Source of the DNA: an uncultured Chloroflexia bacterium
GTDB taxonomy: Bacteria > Chloroflexota > Limnocylindria > Limnocylindrales > CSP1-4
DNA: 64,000 bases
Assembly (NCBI GenBank): GCA_963712745.1
Contig: CAVQJC010000010.1
Location: 32,001-96,000, forward strand
Direction: 5' to 3'
Within the stretch, counting starts at the first letter, position 1; every line of letters starts with the position of its first letter. The notes below the pieces were generated by a model, which saw nothing but the letters and a program-made list of their open reading frames with translations, ran no database searches and had not been told where the DNA came from. Below are positions 37,989-48,460 of this stretch, piece after piece. The translations under genes and the position numbers were made by a program.

Positions 37989-39521
37989 GTGAACGAACCC
38001 GTCGTCATGGCGGTCGTCATCCTCGTGGTGGCCGTCGGCGGGCTCGCAGTCGGATTCATCGGGCGCGGCATCGTGGCCAACCAGGCCATCAAGTCGGCGA
38101 CCGATAAGTCCGAGCGCATCGTCGCCGAAGCGCGAGCCCAACAGAAGGATCTCATCCTCCAGGCGAAGGAGGAACAGGTCCGCCTCCAGCGCGAGGTGGA
38201 CGAGGAGGGACGCGCCAAGCGCCTCGACCTGCAGAACCTCGAGCGTCGCCTCTTGCAGCGCGATGAGCAGCTCGACCAGCGCACGGACATGCTCGAAGAG
38301 CGCGATCGCAAACTGCTGATCCGCGAACAGGAGCTTGGCGCGCAGCGCGCGGAACTGAGTGCGGCGAAGGCCGAGCAGGTCGCAGCGCTCGAACGCGTCA
38401 GCGGCCTCTCCGCCGATGAGGCCAAGGCCACCCTCGTCGAAGAGGTCCGCGAGGAGGCCGAGAAGGACGCGGTGCGGCTCGTTCGTGCCATCGAGCGCTC
38501 TGCTCGCGAGGGCGCCGAGGACAAGGCTCGCGATGTCGTCATCACCGCTATCCAGCGGGTGGCCGTCGACCACACCGCTGAAGCCACGGTCACCGTCGTA
38601 CCCATCCCCTCCGACGAGATGAAGGGCCGCATCATCGGTCGCGAGGGCCGCAATATCCGTGCCCTGGAGCAGGCCACCGGTATCGACCTCATCATCGACG
38701 ACACGCCTGACTCGGTCATGCTCAGCGGCTTCGACCCGGTCCGACGCGAGGTCGCTCGTATCGCCCTGACCAAGCTCGTCCAGGACGGACGCATCCATCC
38801 CGGCCGCATCGAGGACATCGTCAACAAGGCCCAGGCTGAGGTCGACGTCGTCATCCGCGAGGCCGGCGAATCGGCCGCCTACGACGCAGGCGTCCCGGGC
38901 CTGCCCACCGAGATCCTGACCTTGCTCGGCCGGCTGCGTTACCGCACCTCCTTCGGTCAGAGCGTGCTCAACCACGTCAAGGAGACCTCCCACCTGGCCG
39001 GCATCATCGCGGCCGAGCTCGGTGCCGACGTCCAGGCCGCCAAGCTGGGCGGCTTGCTCCATGACATGGGCAAGGCCATCGACCACGAGGTCGAGGGTCC
39101 TCACGCCGCCATCGGAGCCGAGATCGCCACGCGCCACAATCTCTCGCCCAAGGCCGTGAACGCCATCGCGGCGCACCACATGGAGGTCGACTACACCTGC
39201 CAGGAGGCGCCCATCGTGCAGATCGCCGATGCCATCAGTGCCTCGCGCCCGGGCGCTCGTGGCGAGACCATGGATACCTACGTCAAGCGGCTGACCGAGC
39301 TGCAGGAGATCGCCGATGGCTTCCCCGGTGTGGAGAAGTCGTTCGCGGTGCAGGCCGGCCGCGAAGTCCGCATCCTCGTGCGGCCCGACGAGATCGATGA
39401 TCTCGCGTCAGGCCGGCTGGCGCGGGACATCGTGCGCCAGATCGAGGAGACGCTCACCTACCCTGGCCAGATCAAGGTGACGGTCATCCGCGAGACCCGC
39501 GCGGTCGAGTACGCCAAGTGA
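37989..39521 (+). CDS. rny: Ribonuclease Y
   Basis: N-terminal TM, coiled coil, KH domain ([14 protein letters not shown]), HD domain (LLHDMGK). Confidence 0.97.
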   Translation: MNEPVVMAVVILVVAVGGLAVGFIGRGIVANQAIKSATDKSERIVAEARAQQKDLILQAKEEQVRLQREVDEEGRAKRLDLQNLERRLLQRDEQLDQRTDMLEERDRKLLIREQELGAQRAELSAAKAEQVAALERVSGLSADEAKATLVEEVREEAEKDAVRLVRAIERSAREGAEDKARDVVITAIQRVAVDHTAEATVTVVPIPSDEMKGRIIGREGRNIRALEQATGIDLIIDDTPDSVMLSGFDPVRREVARIALTKLVQDGRIHPGRIEDIVNKAQAEVDVVIREAGESAAYDAGVPGLPTEILTLLGRLRYRTSFGQSVLNHVKETSHLAGIIAAELGADVQAAKLGGLLHDMGKAIDHEVEGPHAAIGAEIATRHNLSPKAVNAIAAHHMEVDYTCQEAPIVQIADAISASRPGARGETMDTYVKRLTELQEIADGFPGVEKSFAVQAGREVRILVRPDEIDDLASGRLARDIVRQIEETLTYPGQIKVTVIRETRAVEYAK

Positions 39522-39567
39522 CGTCGCCGCGCTCGGGCGGCGACAGGGCAGGGGCTGGCGACTGCAG

Positions 39568-40437
39568 ATGAGTCGCCGCGAGAAGACCCGCACGCTCGCG
39601 GCGGACCAGCTGCCGGCGCTGCCGCTGCTGCCGGATCCGGGCACGTTGCGCGTGCTCATGATCGGCGATGCCATCGGCAAGCCCGGGCGACAGACGCTCG
39701 AACGCGAACTCCACGGCTTGCGTGCCGAGCGCGGGATCGATTTCGTCACGGCCAACGGCGAGAATCTCGCCGGCGGCATGGGCCTGACCATGTCCACCGC
39801 CGGTGCGCTCTTCGACGCTGGCGTCGACGTCATCACCAGCGGCAACCACATCTGGGACAAGCGCGAGCTCATGCCCGCGCTCGATGGTGAGCCTCGCATC
39901 CTGCGACCGCTCAACTACGGCACGGAGGGCGTGCCGGGTCACGGGTGGGGTACGTTCCATGCCGCGGACGGCACGGAGGTCGCGGTCGTCAACGCGCAGG
40001 GCCGCAGCACGATGATCCCCATCGACAACCCCTTCACCGAGATGGACAAGCTGCTCGAGGGTGGCGCCGACACCCTGCCTCCGGTCTGCCTTGTCGACTT
40101 CCACTGTGAACTGACCAGCGAGAAGAACGCCTTCGGGCTCCACCTCGACGGGCGGGTCAGCGCGGTCGTGGGCACCCACACGCATGTGCCGACCGCCGAC
40201 CAGCGCATCCTCTCCCGGGGCACCGCCTACGTCAGCGACCTGGGTATGACCGGACCGCTCGACAGCGTCATCGGCTTCGAGCCCGAGACGGTGCTGCCGC
40301 GCTTCCTGAACGGCCTGCCCACCCGCTTCGCGGTAGGCACGGGCCCGGTCGTCTTCAACGCGGTCCTCATCGACATCGAGCCGTCCTCCGGCAGGGCCCA
40401 CAGCATCGAGCGCATCAGCCGCATCATCGAAGTGTGA
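39568..40437 (+). CDS. ymdB: YmdB-like (TIGR00282) metallophosphoesterase
   Basis: IGD..GKPG, NGEN.AGG, TSGNHIWD, VDFHCELTSEK, GTHTHVPTAD. Confidence 0.93.
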   Translation: MSRREKTRTLAADQLPALPLLPDPGTLRVLMIGDAIGKPGRQTLERELHGLRAERGIDFVTANGENLAGGMGLTMSTAGALFDAGVDVITSGNHIWDKRELMPALDGEPRILRPLNYGTEGVPGHGWGTFHAADGTEVAVVNAQGRSTMIPIDNPFTEMDKLLEGGADTLPPVCLVDFHCELTSEKNAFGLHLDGRVSAVVGTHTHVPTADQRILSRGTAYVSDLGMTGPLDSVIGFEPETVLPRFLNGLPTRFAVGTGPVVFNAVLIDIEPSSGRAHSIERISRIIEV

Positions 40438-41330
40438 CCACGCTCCGGCGCAATACCGTCGACCTGCACACCCACACCGCCCGATCGGATGGGGTGCAGG
40501 AACCGCTCGAGCTCTACGAGCAGATGCGCCGCTGGGGTTCGACGCTGGTGGCCATCACCGACCACGACACCCTCGCGGGGGCCAGGGAGCTGCTGGCGGC
40601 CGGCTGCGGCGCGGCCGGTACCAGCGGGCCCCGCATCATCGTCGGTGTCGAGATCAACACCATGGTCGATGACGAGATCGAGGCGGTCGGCGGCAGCGAA
40701 GACCGCCTGGGCGAGCTCCACCTGCTCGGCCTCGGCGTGGACCCCGAGGATGCCGCCCTCGGATCGCTGCTGGAGCGACAGCGCCGGGCTCGTGAGCGCC
40801 GCTTGCAGCTCACGCTCGATCGCCTGCGTGAGCTGGACATGGACGTCGGGGGGCACCTGCCGCAGGCGGAGGGCGGCATCGACTCCCTCGGTCGTCCCCA
40901 TGTCGCTCGCGCGCTCGTCTCGGCCGGCCATGCCGAGTCCGTCCAGGACGCCTTCGCCCGCTACCTCGTGCCGGGCATGCCTGGCTACGTCAGACGCCAA
41001 GGCATCGGTCCGCGCGCTGCCATCAAGGCCATCACCGCAGCCGGGGGCATCGCCTCGCTGGCCCACTCCCCGTGGGCGCCCGACGAGCCCGAGATCATCG
41101 ATGAGCTGGTGGACTGGGGCCTGGCTGCGCTGGAGGTCCACTACCACTACTGGGACGAGGAGGTCGTCGAGCGCATGGGTGCCTTCGCCGATGCCCGCGG
41201 TCTGCTCCGCACCGGAGGCTCCGACTACCACGGCGACGACGTCAGCTACCAGGAGGCCCAGGCGTACGTCTACGTCCCCGAGTCCGTCGGGGAGCGACTG
41301 CTCGCGGCGCTACCATTCGAGGGCCCATGA
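40434..41330 (+). CDS. PHP-domain phosphoesterase
   Basis: DLHTHTARSDG, AITDHDT, GRPHVARAL, LAH, TGGSDYHG. Confidence 0.92.
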   Translation: MTTLRRNTVDLHTHTARSDGVQEPLELYEQMRRWGSTLVAITDHDTLAGARELLAAGCGAAGTSGPRIIVGVEINTMVDDEIEAVGGSEDRLGELHLLGLGVDPEDAALGSLLERQRRARERRLQLTLDRLRELDMDVGGHLPQAEGGIDSLGRPHVARALVSAGHAESVQDAFARYLVPGMPGYVRRQGIGPRAAIKAITAAGGIASLAHSPWAPDEPEIIDELVDWGLAALEVHYHYWDEEVVERMGAFADARGLLRTGGSDYHGDDVSYQEAQAYVYVPESVGERLLAALPFEGP

Positions 41331-42469
41331 GACTCTCCATCTTCGGCGCGCGAGGCGTGCCCGCCCGCTGGGGCGGCTGGGACACCATCGTCACCGAGCT
41401 CGGCCCGCGCCTCGTGGAGGCCGGACACGAGGTGACGCTCTATGCCATGCCCCGCTACACCGGCGACGAGGTCGGGCCGGACTACGAAGGCATGCGCGTG
41501 GTGCGGCTGCCCACCATCTACGGCAAATCCACCGAGACGCTCCTGCACGAGCTGTTCAGCAGCCTCTACGCGCTCACCCGGCCCGGGCAGGACGTCTACT
41601 ACGTGCTCGGCTGCCGCACGGTGTGGGCCTACCTGCCGCACCGCCTGCTTGGCCGTCGTATCGTCTTCAACACCGACGGGCTCGACTGGAAGCGTCGCAA
41701 GTGGGGTCGTTTCGCCCGCGCCTATCTCCGGGCCAACTACTGGCTCGCCCGCCGGATGGCCTCCTGCCTGGTCTCGGACAACAAGGAGCTACAGCGGCTC
41801 TACCGCGAAGAATACGGGGCCGAAAGCGCCTTCCTGACCAATGGCGGACACGTCCACCAGGTCGCCGATGAGACCCGCCACCGCCAGATCCTCGCTGAGC
41901 ATGGTGTGGAGCCCGGTGGCTACTACCTGCAGGTCTGCCGCATCGAGCCCGAGAACAACACGGACGTCGTGGTGCGCGAATTCATCGGCTCTGATGCTGC
42001 GGGCCCACTCCTGGTGGTAGGCGGCGCGAACTACGAGAGCGAGTACTTCGAAGCCCTCAAGGCCGCCGATGACGCCCGGGTCCGCTTCCTTGGGCCCGTG
42101 TACGAACCCGAGCACATCGAAGCGCTGTTCCTGGGCGCCAGGGCCTACATCCACGGCCACGAGGTCGGGGGCACCAATCCCTCGCTGGTGACCGCCATGG
42201 GCTGTGGCCGCATCGTGCTCGCCCACGCGGTGCCCTTCAATCGCGAGGTCCTGGGCGGAAACGGCCTGCTCTGGACGAAGACACCGGGCTCGCTGCGAGC
42301 GTGCATCAACGAGGTCGAGCTCGACGCACCGGCGCTGCAGGCCCAGGCTGCGGTAGCCTGCCGCGAGCGTGTCCGCGACTACTACGCCTGGGATAAGTGT
42401 GCCCGCGACCATGACCGCTTCTTCCGCTGGTTGGCCGGCGAGGTGGAGGACTATGCCGATTCGTTCTGA
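41327..42469 (+). CDS. GT4 glycosyltransferase (DUF1972-type)
   Basis: GARGVPARWGG, NTDGLDWKRRKW, RIEPENN, HGHEVGGTNPSL. Confidence 0.9.
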   Translation: MRLSIFGARGVPARWGGWDTIVTELGPRLVEAGHEVTLYAMPRYTGDEVGPDYEGMRVVRLPTIYGKSTETLLHELFSSLYALTRPGQDVYYVLGCRTVWAYLPHRLLGRRIVFNTDGLDWKRRKWGRFARAYLRANYWLARRMASCLVSDNKELQRLYREEYGAESAFLTNGGHVHQVADETRHRQILAEHGVEPGGYYLQVCRIEPENNTDVVVREFIGSDAAGPLLVVGGANYESEYFEALKAADDARVRFLGPVYEPEHIEALFLGARAYIHGHEVGGTNPSLVTAMGCGRIVLAHAVPFNREVLGGNGLLWTKTPGSLRACINEVELDAPALQAQAAVACRERVRDYYAWDKCARDHDRFFRWLAGEVEDYADSF

Positions 42470-44072
42470 TCGACCGGCGCTGCCGATGCTCGAGACGCCG
42501 CCGCCCGCGACGTCAGCGCCGCGCCTGCCCTCCGGCCCCGCTGACGCCGTCTCCGAATACGCCACCGACACAGCCACGCTGCCGAGCTTCCACGTCTGGA
42601 CGCTGGGCTGCCAGATGAACATGTCCGATTCGGAGGAGATGGCCGGGGCGCTGCTCGCGGCCGGCTGTGCCGAAGCGCCGGGACTCGAGTCGGCCGACCT
42701 CATCGTCATCAACACCTGCTCCATCCGCGAGGCCGCCGAGCAGAAGGTCATCGGCCGCATGGGCCTGCTCTCCAGGCTGAAGGAGACCAGGCCCGGCCTG
42801 CGCGTGGTGCTGACCGGGTGCTCTGTCCGTGCCGACAACGAGCGCATCCTCGAGCGGCGCTACCCCGCGGTCGACCTGTTCCTGCGCCCCGACGAGGAAC
42901 CGGAGCTGACGGCGCGCCTCGGTCTCGGTGGTCCGACCACGCCTCAGGCGCTGGGAGCACCCGGGTTCGAGCGGGTCGGACGCTCGGTGGCCGCGGTGGC
43001 CGACCGCCTGGCGGGCACGCGGGCGGCAGCGGTGGAGGAGGGGCACATCGCTCGCGGCCGGGGCGTCAAGGCCTGGCTGCCGATCGTGTACGGCTGCGAC
43101 AAGACCTGCACCTACTGCATCGTGCCCTTCGCCCGAGGCCCCGAGCGCAGCCGGCCGTTCGACGACATCGTGGCCGAGGCCCGCACGCTGGCTGAGGCCG
43201 GCTTCGGGGAGATCACGCTGCTGGGCCAGAACGTCAACTCCTACGGCCACGACCTGCCACCCGATCCCCGTTTCGCCGGTCTCGACAGCCAGCGCACGCT
43301 GGGGCGAAGGCAGGACCGTGACGGCCGGCCCGACATCGCCGCGCTCCTTCGCGCCATCGATGCCATCAGAGGCGAAGACGGCCGTCCTCGCATCGGACGC
43401 ATGCGCTTCGTGACCTCCCATCCGTGGGATCTGACCGACCGGCTCATCGAGGCCATGGCCGAGTGCGAGTCGGTCTGCGAGCACCTGCACCTGCCGGTCC
43501 AGTCGGGCGACGACGAGGTGCTCCGGCGCATGGGCCGGCAGTACAGCCTCGGGGCCTACCTCGAGCTGGTCGGCCGGCTGCGGGAGGCTGTGCCCGGCAT
43601 CGCCCTCACGACCGACGTCATCGTCGGCTTCTGCGGCGAGACCGAGACCCAGTTCGAGGCCACGCTCGAGCTCCTGCGCAGCGTGCGCTTCGAGCAGGTC
43701 TTCGCCGCCGCCTACTCACCGCGGCCGGGAACGCCGGCCATGCGCCTGCCCGACGATGTACCCGCGGCCGAGAAGAAACGGCGTCTCAACGAGTTGCTGG
43801 CGGTGCAGGAGGAGATCGGCCTGGCCCTCAACGAGACCTGGCTCGGCCGAAGCACCGAGGTGCTCGTCGATGAGGCCCGCCAGCCTCGCGCTCACGACCA
43901 CGAGGATGGCGATCGGCGCAGCCCTCGCCTGGTCGGACGCAACCGCGAGCACAAGCTCGTCCACTTCGATGGTCCCGAGTCGCTGGTGGGCACGCTCGTG
44001 ACGGTGACCATCGAGCGGGCAGGGCCCTACGCGCTGTCCGGCCGTCGCGAGGAGGAGCCCGACCACGCCTGA
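42453..44072 (+). CDS. miaB: tRNA methylthiotransferase
   Basis: TLGCQMN, NTCSIR, GCDKTCTYCIVP, LLGQNVNSY, C-terminal TRAM. Confidence 0.95.
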   Translation: MPIRSDRPALPMLETPPPATSAPRLPSGPADAVSEYATDTATLPSFHVWTLGCQMNMSDSEEMAGALLAAGCAEAPGLESADLIVINTCSIREAAEQKVIGRMGLLSRLKETRPGLRVVLTGCSVRADNERILERRYPAVDLFLRPDEEPELTARLGLGGPTTPQALGAPGFERVGRSVAAVADRLAGTRAAAVEEGHIARGRGVKAWLPIVYGCDKTCTYCIVPFARGPERSRPFDDIVAEARTLAEAGFGEITLLGQNVNSYGHDLPPDPRFAGLDSQRTLGRRQDRDGRPDIAALLRAIDAIRGEDGRPRIGRMRFVTSHPWDLTDRLIEAMAECESVCEHLHLPVQSGDDEVLRRMGRQYSLGAYLELVGRLREAVPGIALTTDVIVGFCGETETQFEATLELLRSVRFEQVFAAAYSPRPGTPAMRLPDDVPAAEKKRRLNELLAVQEEIGLALNETWLGRSTEVLVDEARQPRAHDHEDGDRRSPRLVGRNREHKLVHFDGPESLVGTLVTVTIERAGPYALSGRREEEPDHA

Positions 44073-45012
44073 CCTGCCGCCGCTCATCGTCATCGCCGGC
44101 CCGACCGCCACCGGCAAGACCGCGCTCGCGGTCGCGCTTGCGCAGGAGCTGTCAGACGCCGAGATCGTGTCGGCCGATTCACGACAGGTGTACCGCGGCA
44201 TGGACATCGCCACGGCCAAGCCCACGCCCGCCGAGCTGGCCGCGGCGCCCCATCACTGCCTCGACCTGGTCGACCCGGATGAGCCCTTCAGTGCCTCGGA
44301 CTACCAGCGTGCCGCTCTCGACGCGCTCCACGGCATCGCCGAGCGCGACGGCCTGGCGCTGCTGGTGGGCGGCACCGGCCTGTACCTGCGGGCGGTCGCC
44401 CGTGGCTTGCCCCTCGATACCGGCGGCCGTGATCGGGAGCTACGGGCAGAGCTCGACGCTCGCCTCGAGCGCCTCGGGCTGGAGCCGCTCGCCAAGGAGC
44501 TCAAGGAGCGAGACCCGGTCGGCGCCGAGGCGGTCGATCTGCGGAACCCGAGGCGGGTCGTGCGGGCGCTTGAGCGCGCCATGGTCACCGGGTCGGCCAC
44601 GCCGCCCGAACCGACCGGCTACCCCGCACCCGTGACCTGGCTGGGCCTGAGGCGGGAAGCCGCAGAGCATCGCCGCGCCATCGCCAGCCGTATCGACGTT
44701 CACTTCGCGGCCGGGCTGCTCGAGGAGGCGGCTCTCCTGCTCGAGCGCTATCCCGAGGACCTGCCTGCCTTCAGCGCGATGGGCTACCGCGAAGCCTTCG
44801 ACGTCATCGCTGGCCGGATCGGTGTCGAGGAAGCCAAGGCTCGCGACGCCCAGCGCACATGGAGCTACGTGCGACGGCAGGGCACCTGGTTCCGGGCGGA
44901 GCCGGACATCACCTGGGTCGCGGCAGGAGCGGGAGCCCCCGAGGCGGCGGCCGACATCCTTGCGCCGTTCCTCCGGGGCACGGGCCGTGACGTCTATGCT
45001 GGTGCCCGATGA
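44065..45012 (+). CDS. miaA: tRNA dimethylallyltransferase (non-canonical start inferred)
   Basis: IAGPTATGKT lies upstream of the first GTG; SADSRQVYRGMDIATAK, VGGTGLYL. Confidence 0.92.
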   Translation, partial: TPDLPPLIVIAGPTATGKTALAVALAQELSDAEIVSADSRQVYRGMDIATAKPTPAELAAAPHHCLDLVDPDEPFSASDYQRAALDALHGIAERDGLALLVGGTGLYLRAVARGLPLDTGGRDRELRAELDARLERLGLEPLAKELKERDPVGAEAVDLRNPRRVVRALERAMVTGSATPPEPTGYPAPVTWLGLRREAAEHRRAIASRIDVHFAAGLLEEAALLLERYPEDLPAFSAMGYREAFDVIAGRIGVEEAKARDAQRTWSYVRRQGTWFRAEPDITWVAAGAGAPEAAADILAPFLRGTGRDVYAGAR

Positions 45013-46319
45013 ACCGTTCCACACCGATCGACCTGACCCCCGAGGTCGAACGCGCCTTCCTCATCGCCGTCGATACCGGGGACGACGCCGGCTGGACGGC
45101 GGAGGAATCGCTGCAGGAGCTGGCCAGCCTGGCCGACACCGCCGGTGCCGAGGTGGTCGGGGCCGAGTGGCAGAACCGGCGTCACATCGACCCCAACTGG
45201 TACCTCGGCAAGGGCAAGGCACACGAGCTCCTCGAGGCCATGCGCGACACCGGCTTCACCATGCTCATCGCGGACGACGAGCTCAGCCCCAAGCAGCAGA
45301 AGGCGCTCGAGGAGTCGCTCTCGGTGAAGGTCCTCGACCGCAGTGGCCTGATCCTCGACATCTTCGCCCAGCATGCCCGCACGCACGAGGGGCGGCTGCA
45401 GGTCGAGCTGGCTCAGCTCGAGTACCAGTTGCCCCGATTGACGCGGATGTGGACGCACCTCTCGCGCACCGGCGGCGGCATCGGCACGCGCGGCCCCGGT
45501 GAGACCCAGCTCGAGACGGACCGCCGCGTCATCCGCGGACGGATCAAGAAGCTCAAGGAGCGGGTCGAGCACGTACGCCAGCAGCGTGAGACGGCCAGTC
45601 GCTCGCGCGATCGCCGGCTGGTGCCCAGCGTGGCCATCGTGGGCTACACCAACGCCGGCAAGTCATCCCTGCTCAATGCCCTTGCCGGCCGCGAGGCGGC
45701 ACGAGCGGAGGACCAGCTGTTCGCCACGCTCGACCCCACCAGTCGGGGCGTCAAGCTCGGGGACGGGCAGTCGGCCGTGCTCACCGACACCGTGGGCTTC
45801 ATCCACAAGCTGCCGCACCAGCTCGTCGACGCCTTCCGGGCCACGCTCGAGGAGGTCGTGCGGGCCGATCTGCTGCTCGAGGTCGTCGATGGGGCTGACG
45901 CCCACGCACGCGAACACCGCAAGACCGTCCAGACCGTGCTCGAAGAGCTCGGCGCGGGCGACAAGCCGCGCGTGGTCGCGCTCAACAAGGCAGATCTATA
46001 CGACGCGGCCCATGCCGGAGCGGATGTGCCGGCACCGGCTCTGGGCGACGTCGTACCCGTATCCGCCCTCACCGGCTACGGCCTGGACATGCTGCGGCTG
46101 TCGCTCTCGAGCGCCATCGCCCGGCTGTGGGAGGAAGTCGACGTGAGCCTGCCCTATGCCGAGGGCGAACTGCTGGCGCGCGTGCGCGAGCGCGGCACCG
46201 TTGAGGTCGACTACCGCAACGCGGAGGTGCACATCAGCGGGCGCGTGGTGCCGTCGCTGGCTGGGGAGCTGCGTGCGGCTGCGGCGCGCTGGCATCAGGC
46301 ACAGGAGGAGGCCCCGTGA
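45009..46319 (+). CDS. hflX: GTPase HflX
   Basis: LQVELAQL.Y.LPRL, RGPGETQLE, GYTNAGKS, LFATLDPT, DTVGFI, NKAD. Confidence 0.97.
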   Translation: MNRSTPIDLTPEVERAFLIAVDTGDDAGWTAEESLQELASLADTAGAEVVGAEWQNRRHIDPNWYLGKGKAHELLEAMRDTGFTMLIADDELSPKQQKALEESLSVKVLDRSGLILDIFAQHARTHEGRLQVELAQLEYQLPRLTRMWTHLSRTGGGIGTRGPGETQLETDRRVIRGRIKKLKERVEHVRQQRETASRSRDRRLVPSVAIVGYTNAGKSSLLNALAGREAARAEDQLFATLDPTSRGVKLGDGQSAVLTDTVGFIHKLPHQLVDAFRATLEEVVRADLLLEVVDGADAHAREHRKTVQTVLEELGAGDKPRVVALNKADLYDAAHAGADVPAPALGDVVPVSALTGYGLDMLRLSLSSAIARLWEEVDVSLPYAEGELLARVRERGTVEVDYRNAEVHISGRVVPSLAGELRAAAARWHQAQEEAP

Positions 46320-46606
46320 GCCAGCCCGTCAATGTCATCTGCCGACTCACACCCGAGGGCTGGGCCTGCGAGGTGCGCGTCGGGACCGACCCTGGCGCCA
46401 CGCGCCATACCGTGCTCGTCAGCCAGGGTGACCTGGCGCGTCTCGCAGCCGGCCACTACGACCCCGAGGAGCTGGTGGCTGCCTCGTTCGCGTTCCTGCT
46501 CGAGCGTGAGCCCAGGGAGTCGATCCTGCGCCGCTTCGAGCTACCGGTCATCGAGCGTTACTTCCCCGGCTACGAGACCGAGATCCGCCGCCACCTGGGC
46601 TCGTGA
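46316..46606 (+). CDS. Conserved hypothetical protein
   Basis: SFAFLLEREPRESILRRF.L.VI.RYFPGYE. Confidence 0.85.
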   Translation: MSQPVNVICRLTPEGWACEVRVGTDPGATRHTVLVSQGDLARLAAGHYDPEELVAASFAFLLEREPRESILRRFELPVIERYFPGYETEIRRHLGS

Positions 46607-46613
46607 CTCTCGG

Positions 46614-48068
46614 TCAGTCGGCCGCGAAGCTGACCGCTTCTGGCTCGATCATCTCGCGGTGAAGGAGCTCGTGCAGCTCCTCCACACGCTCCGCCTGCGA
46701 TTCCTGGCCGGCCAGGTTCTCGAGCCGGTATGGATCCTGGGTGATGTCGTAGAGCTCCCGTTCGCCGGTGCCGAGTTCGGTGTAGACCCAGTAGGCCGCG
46801 TCGGAGTAGGACCCGGTCGTGTGGATGCCGTACCAGGGCGGCATGTCGCCGGCCGGGTGCAGGTTCTCGGTGTAGACGAACGGCCGCTCGAGCGTGTCTG
46901 CCTCGCCGGTGATGAGCGGTAACAGGCTCAGGCCGTCGGTTTCGGGCATCGTGCAGCCGGCGATCTCGCACAGTGTCGGTGCGATGTCCACGTTGGAGAC
47001 CGGTTCGGTGACCACGCGCCGCTCGTCGCCGGTCACGGCCGGCCACAACAACTGCATGGGCACCGGAGCGGCGTAGGGCCAGTACTTGCCCCTCGGCAGT
47101 CGGTGGTCGCCGAGGAGGAATCCGTTGTCCGAGGTGAAGATGATGAGGGTGTCGTCGAGTCGGCCCGCGTCCCGCAGCGCATCGGTGAGCTTGCCCACCG
47201 CCCAGTCCACGCTGAGCATCTCCTCGCAGCGCTTGCGCAGGTCGAAGCCACGCTTCTCGAGAAGAGGCCGGTCCTGGACGTACGCGGGCTTATCGGAGAC
47301 ATCCGCCTCGTTGTACGAGGGTCCGCGCCAGGGCCGCACATCCGCGCACTTCGGACTGCCCACATGGCGTTTCATCGCGATGTTCGGCACGTGCCCGCTA
47401 TAGAGCGAAGCCACCGCCAGGATGGGCTGGTCCTCGGGGGCGTCGCGGATATGGCCCGCGAGCCGCTCGGTGGTCACCTTGGTCGAGTGATCGCCGGGTC
47501 GAGTGCCCTGCTTGGACACGCCCTCGGGCGTCCACAGCCGATAGTCGTAGAAGTGCTTGTACCTGTCGCCGCCCCGGCGCCAGATGACATCGAACTCGTC
47601 CCAGCCCCCGGCGTAGTCGCGCACGTCCTTCTTCTTCGAGGTCGAGATGCCGTTGACGTACTTGCCCGCGAAAAGGGTGTGGTACCCGACGTCCTGCAGC
47701 TCCGTGGCGAGTGTGACGGAGGCGTCGAAGTCCTCGATGGCGTTGTCGTTCCGGGTGACACCGGTGTTGTGCCCATGTCGTCCCGTCAGCAGGGTCGCCC
47801 TGGACGGCCCACACAGCGGCGTCGAGCCGATCGAGTTCGTGAATTCGACGCCCTCGGTGCAGAACCGCGCGAGCCGAGGCGTCCTTTCCGCGTCACACCA
47901 CAGGCTCCGCTGGTTGACGCTGACGTCGTCCAGGTACATGAGCAGGATGTTGGGGCGGGAGACGTCATCGCTCGCGGCCAGCGCGGGAGCGTGCCACGAG
48001 CCCGTCGAGAGCAGGGCCAGCCCGAAGCCGATGCCGAGGGCCTTCTTGACGCTGACGCCGGTCTCCAT
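46614..48068 (-). CDS. Secreted sulfatase
   Basis: RPNILL..LDD, CGPSRATLLTG (CxPxR), GKY, FTSDNG, NVDIAPT, ELYD. Confidence 0.92.
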   Translation of the reverse strand: METGVSVKKALGIGFGLALLSTGSWHAPALAASDDVSRPNILLMYLDDVSVNQRSLWCDAERTPRLARFCTEGVEFTNSIGSTPLCGPSRATLLTGRHGHNTGVTRNDNAIEDFDASVTLATELQDVGYHTLFAGKYVNGISTSKKKDVRDYAGGWDEFDVIWRRGGDRYKHFYDYRLWTPEGVSKQGTRPGDHSTKVTTERLAGHIRDAPEDQPILAVASLYSGHVPNIAMKRHVGSPKCADVRPWRGPSYNEADVSDKPAYVQDRPLLEKRGFDLRKRCEEMLSVDWAVGKLTDALRDAGRLDDTLIIFTSDNGFLLGDHRLPRGKYWPYAAPVPMQLLWPAVTGDERRVVTEPVSNVDIAPTLCEIAGCTMPETDGLSLLPLITGEADTLERPFVYTENLHPAGDMPPWYGIHTTGSYSDAAYWVYTELGTGERELYDITQDPYRLENLAGQESQAERVEELHELLHREMIEPEAVSFAAD

Positions 48069-48271
48069 CGCGGGGAAGCATAGGCCAACTCCACCTAGCC
48101 GGCTCCCCGCCGGGATGTCGCAGCCGACCCAGCTCTCCGGTCGGCCGTCTTTGCACAAGGACAGGATGCCGCTCCAGCAGCCGCAGAGGCAGGGAGTGCT
48201 ATCGTGGAGCATGCGTGGTGCACGAATGTGGATCGGCGCACCGCAACGGGACCTCTCCCAGGGAGTCGGCC

Positions 48272-48460
48272 ATGGATCTCATCCTCGCCTATATCGACCC
48301 GGGCTCAGGGAGCCTCGTCATCCAGGCGCTCATCGCCGGCCTCGTGGCTGTGCCCATCTTCTTCCGTCGCCACATCGCCCGCATCGTGCGCACGGTCCGC
48401 GGTCAGACCGAGGCGGCGCCGGAGCCCGCCGCACAGGACGACGCCAGCAAGGGTGCCTGA
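48272..48460 (+). CDS. Small membrane protein with AYIDPGSGS motif
   Basis: RBS GGGAG; MDLILAYIDPGSGSLVIQALIAG...; stop overlaps the next gene. Confidence 0.8.
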   Translation: MDLILAYIDPGSGSLVIQALIAGLVAVPIFFRRHIARIVRTVRGQTEAAPEPAAQDDASKGA

